A stretch of DNA of 64,000 nt from Eledone cirrhosa (taxonomy: Eukaryota), in assembly GCA_964016885.1 (NCBI GenBank), contig OZ024746.1:37138001-37202000 (forward strand). Direction: 5' to 3'. Shown in pieces: positions 40,612 to 57,397 of the stretch. A program made the translations under genes and the position numbers. Positions within the stretch are counted from its first letter, which is position 1. The number at the start of each line of letters is the position of its first letter. Below the pieces are notes generated by a model, which was not told the DNA's origin, did no database searches, and was given only the letters and a program-made list of their open reading frames with translations.

Positions 40612-42700
40612 ATATATACATTTTACTCGGATATATAGGAGGAAAGATGCATAGGTAGACATAAATAAATGCAGAGGTAGAAAGTGGGTAGAAAGGAATG
40701 TAGATGGACATGTATTTCTGTATACACATGTGCATAATTCCATTTCTATAATAGATAAAATCAATTTCCTATTATACTAATTTTATAACATTGATTATTT
40801 TGGTGAATTGTTTTATTTAATGTACTATGGCTTTTGTACATTTGTTTTGAGAGTGTTTATTGTTTGTTTTCTTCCATTTTTAATTTATTTTCTGTTTAAT
40901 TATTTTATTGGGGTGCTGTTATCGTATAATTTTCTTCTTTGCTTATTTTCAATTTACAAAATGCGGTGTAAATATAGAGTGAAAGCATTGACTATATTAT
41001 ATCTCCGGAATCTAAATAAAATTATTTTTAACTTGGTTTTCCTATAATGGCATCGTTATTTTCTTTCCTTTCCTCTATGTCAGCACTTGCCAATAGAAAT
41101 TAAAGGCGTTTGAGAATTGTAATTAGTCGTATTGAAGTTTGAGAATAGAATTCCATTAGATTACATAAAATGGTGGAGGAGAAGCATTAATGTTAAACAC
41201 AAATAAAAGTTAAAAAGCTAATATTGGGTTAATGTTTTAAAATTTCAAAGACTTGAATTAAAAGTTGCTCATAAACCTTTAAAAAATGCAGATTAGAAAA
41301 TCACATAAAAATATTTAAAATAAAATATCTTAATGGAAATCAGTTTGTAGATTATAAGGTACGGAATTATTTTGGGATATTTCTTTAGAATCAATTGTCC
41401 GTTTTTCAATAATTTTTATAAGGGAGATCCGCTTGTATTTATGTTGATGTATTATTTTGAAAATCGAGGATACGAAATTCTTTCAACCATTTAAAAATTC
41501 CCCACAGAAAACAAATCGTTAATATGAAACACAACGGCTCACAATAGACCAGCTTTATTTTTATGATCTATAACTGGTACTAAATATCAATATGTATTAT
41601 TTTATACCACAGTAGAAATTTAGCTGAAAAATATATAATGAATAGATTTATGCATATAGAAAAGGCAGGTATGATTTGTGTGAAATATTTGTACCTTCAA
41701 ACATTGTTGTGTAATCATTGAATGTTGAATCACCGGTTTGTTGACAGAAACATTACAAAATATACTGTTAGATGTAATGGCATCACACGAAGGGTGCTAT
41801 TATTATTATGATGTTTGAGTTTTCAAATATCGAAATGACTGTAATTAATCACAAAAAAGTGAGTGTATAGAAACCATTGTTTATGAGTTTCATAAAATGC
41901 TACAGTAATGTTAATATTGATTAGGCATACGACAATACATAAATATTAGATACATTATGTTTTTATGATTTTTAACTCAAGCAATCAGTGTTTCAGGTTT
42001 ATTACCAGAGTTAATCACCAGGAGATCGGATTTGATTTGTTTTCCATCGTTGTATGACATTTAACACTCGAGGCAAGTGACATGATTCACACAATCGTAT
42101 TTGCTCAGAGATGTATAGGTACGTTAGCATATGACGAGTAATACAGTAATACACATTTCTCTTTTGATTTGTGTTGAATTCTTAATCGTTTTAACATAGA
42201 CACTCACCTCCTACTGTGAGACATGGCTTGTTGAATGATATCTGAATACCTGTGATATATCTGAAACAGTGGTGTCTGATTAGGGTGATTCTAAAAAATG
42301 TTGTGACCATACTGACATCCCTTAGGTGGCTTAGAGTATTGTATTCACAACAGGTAGATCGCGAGTTCGATTCGAAACTCAGAAGATAAGTTATCTCCTT
42401 GATCAAGGCATTTTATTTCAGGTTGCACCTACTGCCATTGTTTCGTTAGTCCGATTAGACGAGCTCCACCGCAATATGTTAGCGGATTAGATTTCAGATC
42501 TTGACTTTCGTCTCTTTTCTCTTGTTAGCTCGTAATCCAACTAAAATGGGTCTAAATAATGGTCTATGTAGCGAAATTTCAATAGATTATCCATGCAAAC
42601 CTTTAACACTATTTTAGCTAATGGTTTTTAATATAAAGTGGCGTCGTTTTAAATTGGGCAGATATATTTACATTTGCAATTCTATATTGTAGAATAATCA

Positions 42701-42785
42701 TTCTTCTTCTTCTTCTTCTTCTTCTTCTTCTTCTTCTTCTTCTTCTTCTTCTTCTTCTTCTTCTTCTTCTTCTTCTTCTTCTTCA
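42701..42785. repeat. (TTC)n microsatellite
   Basis: Directly visible. Confidence 0.97.
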
Positions 42786-42820
42786 TCTTGCTCGTTTCCT
42801 TACCCGTTTTCTGTATTAAG

Positions 42821-42891
<71 letters not shown>

Positions 42892-43780
42892 ACTTAAGGC
42901 ATAGTGAACTTATGTTACAGTCGGTTCACCAACTTAAACACTCGATGCGCAGGTGGGCCCGTTTAAGTATAGTACGTGATATTATACTGTGGGTGGTATC
43001 ATTCATAAACCTAATGAAATATCAATAAAGAAGAGCGAAATGTCAGATTATCCTCATTAGGATCATGCATGTGACGCGCGTTTCGCGATCGATCAGCTCA
43101 GTGTCCGTGGTGTATCGATTGGGCCGGAGTCTGGAATCAATAGTTTGGTTAATAAACATGAGAATCTGATGGGCTATTCATTTAATAGTCGGGCCCGATT
43201 GATACATTTTGTAGGGAGGATACACTGATGCCTCATTCCTACTTATTACTACTATGTATATAATATATATATATATATATATATTGGTAAACGGAATAGA
43301 AAATACTGACAAATTGTTCACAGTTGAAAAATGGTTTAATTAGGAATAAGAGAGTATTAGTGATTGTATGGGTTAGTATTCAGTTGTGGTTTTAAGTTTT
43401 TAAGTTTTTACCGGTTGCGCATTTCTAAATGCTTTTCAAAAATAATTTTGAGATAGAGTGTCCGTGCTGTTTGCTCTGATCTGATTAGTTTTGGGAATTC
43501 TACCTGTTTTTATGTTAAAAAAGTGGCTCCAGCGTTATTTTTGTGTTGCAAAAATGCTTGTGGTCAAAACAATTTTGATTGGTCGGTAGAGGCCATGTGA
43601 ATGTAAAAAGTTGATTTTGCGCCAAGACTGTTTTTATGTTAAAATGTTAAAAAAGTGGCTCCAGCAAAAATTATTGGTCAAAACAATTTTGATTGATCGG
43701 TAGAGGTCATGTGGATAAAAAATTGGTTTTGCGCCAAGAGTGAGAAATGACTCTTTCACAACAAATATGTGTGTGTGTGT

Positions 43781-43873
<93 letters not shown>

Positions 43874-43987
43874 TGTATGTATATGTGTGTGTGTGTGTAG
43901 TAGTAGTAGTAGTAGTAAGGTGTTCGATGCTGCGACATATATATATATATATATATACATGTATACATATATATATATATATATATG

Positions 43988-44185
43988 ATAAACTATATAT
44001 ATGTGTTTGTGTCTATATTGTATCTGCATTATTTTTGACTGTCGGTCAGTAAATGGCAACATTGAGGACCGAGTAAGTTAGATTACCGATATAAAAGACA
44101 GCGAGAAGCGAAAACCAACCAAACAGTGAGTGTGTTCTGTTATTAATTCTGGCAATATTACACAAATATGACCCTCCCCAAGTAT

Positions 44186-44192
<7 letters not shown>
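43988..44192 (+). mobile_element. Solo 3' terminal piece of PLE family A
   Basis: Colinear with 8253-8470; same end GTATAACAATA(TA)n. Confidence 0.85.
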
Positions 44193-44250
<58 letters not shown>

Positions 44251-44902
44251 CTATATAGATATGCATGAATGATTGTATATATGTATATATGTATGTATAT
44301 CGGGTCACTCTTGAGTGCTACTGGTAACTTGTAACCCAGTACAAGATATTGCATGATCGGGTCGTTGGTGACTAAACCGGCAACCCCACCAAGTTTACTG
44401 GTGAGGAAGGTGATTTTAGAGGCACTGCAGGACAAAAAACAAAACCTGACAAAGGGCGGAAGAACTCATAAAAGTCAACGGCCATTCAAAAGTGAGTAAA
44501 TATGTATATACACGTGTACATATGTGTATATATATGGGTGCATGTTTGTGCATATGCGCGGGGACATAGACATATTCGGACGAGACACCCGATCGGGCGG
44601 TTAAACAACTGTAGTGAAGGACCCGTATCCTTTTTCAAGACATTTTTCTAGGAGAAGGCAACTCAGGAAACTGGGATAACTGCGATATAAAACCTGCGGC
44701 TCATTAGTTACCGATGATATTGATCTTTTCTTCTTTTCAGGTTATAGCTACTGTCACTCAGAGAGTGGGATATGCTCAGTGCACCGTATTTCCTCACTTT
44801 AAAAAATATTTTCACAGGCATTGCATGATAGAATTAATTAATAATTATTAATAGTGGTGTATCGTGCAATGGCCATACTCGATAACGAGGGGGCAGCCAT
44901 CA

Positions 44903-44961
<59 letters not shown>

Positions 44962-45831
44962 GTATATATATGAATATATGTATATATACATACAATCATT
45001 TTATATTTATGAATTTTATATGTTGGGTATTTTTTTTTAAATATTTCTACTACAATTTCTCTGCGTTTCACTTTCATATATAATAGTTATGATAGCTGTG
45101 TTGTATTTTCCTATGAACTTTTGCTATTTTCAAATTGACCCCTCCACCCATACACACAACAATTTATTTCTGTTCATATGCTGTATTTATTTTCACTCTT
45201 CATATCGTATTTATTATTTTTTCTTACTTTTTTTCCTCTCCTACCGAAACATACGTTTTTGTCAGCTCCGATAATAATAATCTTATAGAAGATGCTAAAT
45301 CAGTAAGAAATCCCAAAATCACATAAAAAATAGGTGATTTTAAAAACAAGTCCAAGAATTTAAATAAAACAATATATAAAAAATTGAAACATTTTTTTCT
45401 GAAAATAGACGGAAAAATGTATACATGGCGCCAGTCCTAGGTGGAGTTGATTTTATTAATATTTTGTTTTTCAACATTGCTGCTGCTGACGCTGTTGAAT
45501 CAGTTATATTTTTTTCCGATTTTTGTATGATTGGTTGATGTAAAAGTTCAGATTTGTGATGATAGCTGTATTGTTTATGTTGTTTTTGTAGTATGGGTAT
45601 ATAATTGTTGTTATCTTATTGTTGGTATATTCGCTAATTTTGGTATTGACATTTTATATTTCAGTCAGTCTTTTCTGCTTTAAAAATGTATTTTTTATTA
45701 TTATCAATAGCTCTTCTTTGTTTTGGCGATATTGTATATTAAGAATTGATATGATTTCAACTGAGAAATTAGAAACACTGTGAGCATTTGTGTGTTAAAT
45801 ATTAACTGAGTATGAATGTTATATATATATG

Positions 45832-45863
<32 letters not shown>

Positions 45864-45871
45864 TATATATA

Positions 45872-47072
45872 TTCATTTCGTTTCTGAATTTGTTTAGCAA
45901 GATACTTTATCTGAAACCGTGTGTTGAAACCGATATTCTTATGCTTTGAGAGGAGCATGTTGCCAATAAGAAACACACGCACCATTGCTTTCAATGCAAT
46001 TTATTATAAGTTAAATTCATAAATTTAACAATTTATAAAATTCCGGTCGGTTGATTGTTTGCGCAACCGGACGGTTGTTCATATATTGTCAAAGTTATTT
46101 CGTCACATATTATGTGACCTCTTCAGTTACTGGGGATTGTTTTATTTGTTTTTGTGCCTCTCCTTTGTTCTGTCCTACGCCATCTTGTTTTTGCGTGCGT
46201 TGTGTGCTTAGTTTGTGCAGGTGTTACATGCGGGTGTCTGTGTGTGTTTATATTTGTTTATTTATTTGTTTATTTACATGTTACTGGTTGGTTGTTTGTT
46301 CTATGTGTGTGTGGGTGTTTTCATTTTGTCCTTAATTGTAAGTTGTGATGTTGCTATTCTAATTCATGTTTTCTATTTAATTTTGGTTGGAGTTCATTTA
46401 TGTTTACTGCATCTGTAATTTGTCTAAATATTGAGTATTTTCTGTGTGTAGATTCTATTTTTATTTCTATGTTCTCTAATTTACCCTTATGTTCTATTTT
46501 AACATGTTGGTGGAGTACAGATGATTCTTTTCTATCTTGAAGCTCTCGCCTGTGTTCATTTATCCGTTCTCCTATACTACGAGCTGTCCCACCTATGTAC
46601 ACTATATTATTATCTCTACATCGTCCTTCAGTACATCTTATGCTATATAATACATTTCTAGTTTTATAATATGGGGGCTTAGTTTACAAATTATACATTT
46701 CTTATCTATACAGGGAGGTCTTTGAAAAGGGTATGTATTGCTAATAAGTATTTTTTATGGAGGTTCCTGGTCTTTCTACTAGCTTAATATTGAGTTTATG
46801 TTTATCTAGGGCCCTTCTAAATTTGTAAGCTAATTCACTAACATGCTAAAATAGAACATAAGGATAAATTAGAGAACATAGAAATAGGTCACAGAATGTG
46901 TGACGAAAGAACTTTGACAATATATGAACAAACGTCCGGTTGTGGAACCAAACAACCAACCGGAAATTTATGAATTCTTCAATTTATAAATTTAACTTAT
47001 AATAAATTGGAGTGAAAGCAACTGGTGCGTGTGTTTCTTATTGGGAATATGACCCTCTCAAAGCATAACAAT
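45872..47072. mobile_element. PLE family B: tailed minus-strand arm (GIY-YIG remnant) plus a deleted inverted arm
   Basis: Minus 46354-46840 encodes VEKPGTSIK..CIICK..NVLYSIRC..YIGGTARSIGERINEH; HHR at 46088-46130; plus arm 46840-47072 ends GCATAACAATA; tail 45872-45932. Confidence 0.88.
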
Positions 47073-47846
47073 ATATATATACACATATATATATATACAC
47101 ACCCACACACGCACAGATATATATATATATAACATTCATACTAAGTTAATATATATATTCCCATCCCATTTACAGTATATTTACATATGGATACACTGTT
47201 CTAGATACATGCAACACACACATGCAGACTTAAATATATGAATAGAATTAGGTATATTTTGGGGATAATGAGATTTGTAGATTGACCGTTCCTATATCTA
47301 TATCCAATTTCTTCATTTGGTCTCACTTCATATTTATCAAGAGATATTATAGAACCTAGATTACATATATTGTATATATATTCATTTGAAATTGTATTAA
47401 GTCATTCTACTCCTACCATAAATATTGTGTCAACTCCGTAACTTCCATTGAGGTCCTGAATCTTTAAAAGAATGATAAGACTAACGTTTTCTTCCCGATT
47501 TTTGTACGATCGGTTGATGTAAAAGTTTAAATTTGTGATGAAAGCTGTATTGCTAATGTTATTTTTTAGTGTTGGTATATAATTGTTGCTATCTTATTGT
47601 TGGTATTTTCGGTAATTGGAAAATATCGTAAAAAAAACAACAACAATACAAAGCAATATGTTTATAAAAATTAGAACAAAATGCAAATAGAAGCCTTAGA
47701 GAATATGTTGACACTCTGTCATCTGAATTAGGTCAATAATAACATGACCCTCTCCTCAAATGGCTAACTTAATATACACCGTAGATTAATAGCAAACAGT
47801 ATCGATTTTTTCTTTGTTCCGTAAAATCAAAGACCTTTGTGAGACA

Positions 47847-47877
<31 letters not shown>

Positions 47878-47901
47878 ATATATATATATATATATATAAA
47901 A

Positions 47902-48017
47902 GGCATGTGGCCGAGTGGTTAGCGAATTGGATTCCTAATCGTGAGGTTGTGAGTTCGATTCCCGGACCGGGCGATGCGTTATGTCCTTGGGCAAGACACT
48001 TTATTTCACGTTGCTCC
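47902..48017 (+). mobile_element. tRNA-derived CORE-type SINE fragment
   Basis: A box TGGCCGAGTGG, B box GAGTTCGATTC, followed by GTCCTTGGGCAAGACACTTT (CORE-like). Confidence 0.75.
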
Positions 48018-48203
48018 TTCTACCTGGAGTTGCGACCGATAGAGAGTACTAGCAATTGGAAAGACCAACGGAAACATTGTTTCCTCGGTCCGATTTGACG
48101 AAATGCGATCGATAAAAAAAAAAATATATATATATATATATATAACTTTCTCGCTCTCTCTGAATAACTAACACTTTATTGTATATCTCTCTCTTTAACA
48201 GCA

Positions 48204-48245
<42 letters not shown>

Positions 48246-50047
48246 CCTCTTTAGAAGTGTGTGTATGTATATATATATATGTATGTGTGTGTGTGTGTGT
48301 GTGTGTAGTTTTCGTGCAACCAACCAACCAATAAACACCAAGTAAATTAATCGGTAAAGTTAACAGTACTTACGAATAGTTGATCTAATAATCAGATATA
48401 TAGATTAATGAAAATTGGCCCAGAATTTAACCGAGAAGATATGATAATATATTTTAGAGAAAATTAAGAAAATCAGGCCCCCGAAGTTAAATAATGCACC
48501 ATTGATTAAAATGGTGTGGAATTTGATGCTTATATAAATGAATATGATTACAGCTCTGAGATATGTTTCGCTATAATTAGACATCTTCAGGAATAAAACA
48601 TCTCACATACATGCAGATCAATTCATGAAGTAATGTACGTGACGTTCTGTGTAAAATGCCAATCAAATCAAACTCCACTGAATTGAACCGAAATATTCAC
48701 GGCAGTACTGAAACCAATACGCGGTGACATTCACCATACCAATTGAATTTAGAAGGAGATCTATAATTTCACTCTTTGCTATAATTGAGCTTACGTTCAT
48801 TTCCATAATTCTCTTAGATATGCTCGAATAGAATATAGTTAAATCCCACAGTGGCTTTCCGATCGTAGAGATGGCAACTAATTCTAGTCTGGCAGACTGC
48901 CTGACAAACCAGAGTACCCGATCACTTCCTTAATTAAAATGTCTTACTTACATTATATTACATACACGCTTAAAGCAGCTCTATTATAAATATCTTCCAC
49001 ACAGGCATAGCAAATATATTCACTATCATCAATAAATCAAAACTGTGGCAATATTGTGCACCCATGTAAGCTATTCTACTTCTTTTGGTATATGGAATGA
49101 TGAAGTTTAGTCACGTATTACTACTCCGTTCTGCAACATTTACTCGTTTGATGAGTCAATATTCTGATAAGAGAGTATTGAAGTTTGCTTGAAGCATTGT
49201 GGAACAATAAGTAAATATCTTTAAGTCGTTTGGAAGCCTCGACAATGAAAATGGGTAAATCTCCGGGTAACAAGGTCCGGTGGTGGAGAGAGATGTAAGT
49301 GGGTGTACGTTGAGATGCGTGGTATGTATAAGAGGTGTGAGATCTGTAGAATGAAGGGAAGAGTATAATGGATGAAATAAAAATAACAACACAAGAGAGA
49401 GTTACCTTGGGAGAGATTTAATAGTCCCTATATATTTCGGATTCACATCCATCAACTGGGTTTTTTTCCGGGGTGGGGGAAAAGGTTGTCTGTCGGACAA
49501 TTCCGGAAGGCGTCCTTCGCTGTTTGTTGTTTTGAATATCTGAGGTATTCGGTCGTACAGAGGTCAGCGGCCGAATGAGGGAGTGGGATGGCGCTAGCTG
49601 TCAGTCCATTATCTGACTGTTTGTTAAATGTTACTGTGTATGTGTGTGCCTGTGTCGTTGTCACGCTTGAGCGTGTGTGTGTGTGTGTGTTGTTGCCTTG
49701 TTCCTCTGTTGTTGCCATCTTCTGATGATGTTAACGACACCAAGATGCACTTATTCACCATTAAGCTACTGAGGCATGGGCTAGTTATATACGAAACATA
49801 CAGAAAATGGGGATATATGACAACTATTTAGAGAAAGTATTACATAGCTTGTGACAGAAAAAAATGAACATGACAGGATTTTAAGTGCTCTAACTAGGAT
49901 AACTTGATACCAATTTAAATAGAGTAACTATATCGGGCGCATACCCAAATATCTGTAGAAAAGCCAAACGATAAAATTATTTGAATGTCCAGCACATTTA
50001 TTTATTTAGAAAATAAAACCCTTTATGAAACACGCACTCGCACACAT

Positions 50048-50126
<79 letters not shown>

Positions 50127-50490
50127 TGTGTGTGTGTGTGTGGAGGTGTGTGCATCCGTGTGGAGTTGGTCGATGAATTGTGAGTTGTGTTAAACTGTTT
50201 ATCACAGGCATTGGACAAGAACTATTCTTGTCTGATGGCCCAGTTGCATTGAATTTAATGTGTATATTTATAGTTATGTATTCAGTGGCAATCTCTGAAA
50301 TTCATATTAGCAAATTTGCAGGCAGAATGACAACTATAATATTTACTACATTTCATTGAACCTATTTCCAATTGTTGGAAATAGAAACGTAGCTTCTTAT
50401 ATTAGCGTTGGAGTGTTGCATTCTTGATTCAGTGAGCGAGACGGAAGTTATTTAAAAGAACATCCATATACATTGAGGCTGTCTTGTTTA

Positions 50491-51370
50491 TACGAGAGGC
50501 TTGATTTCATGTTCCTCGTACAAGCGTATGCAATTTTGACCTCAGGACTGATAAAGATTTGATCGTATTTGTGGCCTATTTGTGTCCAGCGTACATACTT
50601 GTTTAAACATGATGAATTGTGTCAGCCCTGAACTATTGCTATTTATGTACATGTAACCTCTGTTACTTTTGTGATGCTTGAAATTATCGAACAACTGAAC
50701 GCGATCAAATTTTCTATAAAACACAACGTATCTCCGAATGATGCATTTAATTCTGTAATATACGCTTATGGAGAAGTCACCCTATCGAGAAGTAACGCTT
50801 ATATTTGGGGCAATGTTTTCATAATGGGGCGAGAAAATGTAGAAAACGAATGTTGTTCACAATTGAATAGGATGTTAAGTTGAGCAAGAAGTAATATCGA
50901 GAAAGTGCGGATTAAGAGTTAGGATCATAGCAGACAAAATGGGGTTGGGTGATACCTTAGAAAATTAGTGCAATGATTACAAAAGGGGCATTGCAAATTG
51001 GCTATGCATCACGATAACACGCTTGATCACATAGCAAATTCAGTTAGAAATTTCTGATGAGGAAATATATTCTCACTCTTCCAAACCCTACCTACTGACC
51101 AAATCTAGCTCCATGTGCCTGTTTGCCTTTTAATCGTACCCTAAATAGAAATTCAAGCTGAAAAGTATATATATTGAAAGGATACAAAAATGTGTAACCG
51201 AGAAACTAAATAGCCTCAGTGAAAATAACTTCCGTTATTGATACAAATGGAAACAAAACATTTAACCAACTCTATGACTTCCCAAGGTTTCTATTTTGGA
51301 GGAGATAACTTGTAATTTCATGGAAGTCTATTATACATTTGAATAAAACATCAGTACCCATAGTATTGTT
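50491..51370 (+). mobile_element. Decayed mariner transposon
   Basis: EQLNAIKF...AYGEVTLSRSNAYIW...GRENVENE (HTH), HHDN..H, Y.PNLAPC (YSPDLAP-like), and YFGGD near the end. Confidence 0.82.
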
Positions 51371-51446
51371 AAGATGAAAATATACATATATATATCTCTA
51401 TATATTTATATACACACATGTGTATATATATATATATGTGTGTTTA

Positions 51447-51578
51447 TAGATGTGAGAAAAACCACAGACCTTCCATCTCAACTCTACTTTTGAAAAGCAG
51501 AAGAACTGCGAAACCGGTAAAGGAACCAAATAAATGTTTTAATTTTTTTTTAAATAAAACTCCAGTTGCATTTTCAAA
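51447..51578 (+). mobile_element. Family U single arm with U3-A8 HHR
   Basis: Homologous to about 34118-34245. Confidence 0.82.
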
Positions 51579-51589
51579 TATATATATAT

Positions 51590-54207
<2,618 letters not shown>

Positions 54208-54381
54208 CAACATTACCAACATCATCAGTGGTTAACGTCCCTTCATTGAAGCTAATATGTGTTCGATGGGTCGTCTCTTTCGAGGCAAGTTGTGAAGTAT
54301 GCTACAGTTTGCCCTCATGAGATTTGTATGGGAGTGTGGGAATTGGGTAGTGCATACTATATATATATGTGTATATATGTA

Positions 54382-54458
<77 letters not shown>

Positions 54459-54469
54459 ATATATGTATG

Positions 54470-54502
<33 letters not shown>

Positions 54503-54521
54503 ATATATATATATATATATG

Positions 54522-54577
<56 letters not shown>

Positions 54578-54580
<3 letters not shown>

Positions 54581-56230
54581 CGTATAATAAACAATACATA
54601 TAATCACCTATTTACCAGAGATTTCCCGAATAAGGCGAATACAAGAAACGTCCGCATTCGTTCGTCAGACAAGGCAATTTAAAACATAGTGAAATATTTT
54701 GAAAAATCTCCTCAAGAAAGGCAAACGTCTAACGGGCAAACAAAATATATGAATAAAAGTAATACAAGAGATATATAAAAATAAAATAAGGAAATATAGT
54801 AAGGGTATGTGTATAAATGTGTGTATATGCACCTACAAATATACATATGTGTGTATGTGCAATTGCATGTGTATAGTGAAAAAATATGTGCGTAAGTACA
54901 TACATGAGGGCAAGCATATTAGTGTATGTGTGACCAAAAAAATACGTATATAATATATGTTGAAAAATATGTTGTAAGATAATAGAGTTAGCGTACATAC
55001 AGACTCAGGGACTAAGAATTGAAATATATACACATACAAGGATGAAAGGACGCACGCGTATAAACATACACACACGCGCAACCACATCCATGTATGTGAT
55101 ATTTACAGGGAAGAGCGTGTATCAGTCAAAGCAGTGTCAGACTGAAGGTCGATTAGTATCTAAAAATATAAAATATGAAAAGTTAATGAAATAATATATA
55201 AGATAAGAATAAAAATAAAGTCAAAGAGAAAGAAAGAGGGAGTGGTTATCAATTTTAAAGTAACACTAGAAAAAATAAATAAAAAGTAGAAACCATGCAG
55301 AAGTTAGTACGCACATATATATATAAATATATATATACGTACAGACAAAAGCACATACATGCGTACATACATACAAAAACACGCAAGCATACACACGATA
55401 CACATATACATATACATCTAATCACACGCACGCTCGCGACCATATATATATATATATATATATATATTTAAGTATGTAAAAGCACACATACACACACACA
55501 TATACACATACACGCACACATACGAATGCATTCGTATACATATACAAACACGTATACACATATATGCACACATACACGCATACATACATATATAAAAAAA
55601 ACAAGCCGTATGAAAAAATGGGTACAAATTATACGCAAGTGAACATACATAAAAGCGGCTGAGGGGCAACAGAATATATCTTGAGTTGAAAACGCAAGTG
55701 ACAACTGAATCTTGTATGTGTATGTATATATTTCATTTCTTAGTCCCCGAGTCTGTGTATACGCTAACTCTATTATCTTACAATTCCCTTTTCAACATAT
55801 ATTATATACGTATTTGTGGTCACACATACACTAATATGCTTGCCCTCATGTATGTAGTTACACACACTTTTTCACTATACACATGCTTATGTACATTTGT
55901 AGGTGCATATACACACATTTATACACGTACACTTACTATATTTCCCAATTTTCATATATCTCTTGTATTACTTTTATTTATATATTTTGTTTGCCCGTTA
56001 AACATTTGCCTTTCTTGAGGAGATTTTTCAAATATTTTAATATCTTTAAATTGTTTTGTCTGAGGAACGAATGCGGACGTTTCTTGTATTCGTCTTATTC
56101 GGGAAACCTGTAGTAATGAGGTAATTATATTGTAATGTTTATTATACATTAAATTTAGCTCTGTAACTTACATAGAGCACTCTTCACTCCTATGGCTTTT
56201 TCAATATTCAACGGAAATTTCAATACTCAT
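54578..56230. mobile_element. Non-coding tailed inverted-repeat element (family L) with an HHR-like motif at 56056-56116
   Basis: Arms 54578-55039 / 55711-56151; tail 56152-56230; (TA)n flanks; CTGAGGA ACGAAT...ATTCGG GAAA CCTG TA (CTGACGA in the mirror arm). Confidence 0.75.
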
Positions 56231-56589
56231 GTATATATATATATATAAAGACAATTTGTAATCATGTAATCATTATATGTGCGTATGCATGTAACCACTT
56301 CTCAGTAAAGGAAATAGTTCATCTCAATGGCGATTTAAATCTCAAAGGCAAGCCGCCACTTTTATTTCCATAAAAATTGCTCGAGCTTGAATTATGGTGG
56401 CATATCGCCAATGGCTAACATCAGTATGGTACATCATATAAACATTGATGAAAAATACATACCAACGTAAACTATATCTAAACAATCGTGTAACGTGGTA
56501 TATATTAGTTGCTATACATACACATATACACCCACACGAACAAACCTTATACATTCACACACGCACTCACAGACACACATTCCCACACA

Positions 56590-56643
<54 letters not shown>

Positions 56644-56986
56644 TGTGTGTGTGAGTGCGTGTGTATCTGTCTGTATGTGTATTTTGTGTCTGTATATAGA
56701 TATAGATATATATAGAGATAGATAGATACATGTCTGTATGCTTGCGTCTATTTTGTTCACTTAGAATAATGGCTGTACAAGTATTCTTGGTGGAAACAGT
56801 TAAAGCGTCCATAAATAATTATTTTTGCTAAATATCGAAATGAAAACTGAAAATGAAAGGATTTTTATGGAGAATAAAAGTGTATAAATATAGTTTGATA
56901 TGGCATTTAAAAAGCCATAAAATATCAAAATATGACTTTCCCAATAAATATATATTATAGATTATTACTATTACTATTATAAGGAA

Positions 56987-57031
<45 letters not shown>

Positions 57032-57168
57032 CATTTTCTGGTACAAGTGTATTTTCTAAGGTAGTTTGAATAGCATACACACGTCTATTCTTTTTTTTTA
57101 TATCTTCAAGCAATATTGTATTGGTAATTATAAACACTATACACAAACTTCACGTGAAATATGTATCA

Positions 57169-57206
<38 letters not shown>

Positions 57207-57229
57207 ATATCTCTCTTTCTCTCTATCTA

Positions 57230-57263
<34 letters not shown>

Positions 57264-57345
57264 TCTCTACCTCTCTTTCTCTCTCTCGCACTCTCTCCCA
57301 CAAACACACACTCACACTCATACACACGCACATATAGGTATATAT

Positions 57346-57397
<52 letters not shown>

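Noticed and set aside
43069-43105. HHR-like GC GAAA CGCGCG TC on the minus strand
   Set aside because: The CTGANGA box is incomplete (CTGAGCT) and stem I does not pair; at best a relic.
44300-44800. Possible RTE-type LINE 5' UTR or SINE pieces
   Set aside because: Resemblance is only from memory of short motifs; no second copy in the window to confirm.
45515-47615. Direct repeats of about 120 bp (45515-45640, 47495-47615) bracketing the family B element
   Set aside because: They lie hundreds of bp from the element ends, so they are not a TSD or LTR; likely an unrelated dispersed repeat.
47902-47975. Possible tRNA gene
   Set aside because: No acceptor stem or terminator; it continues into a SINE core.
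48556-48595. Minus-strand CTGAAGA TGTCTAATTATAGC GAAA CATA TC
   Set aside because: Core is present but there is no stem I and no element context; possibly decayed or chance.
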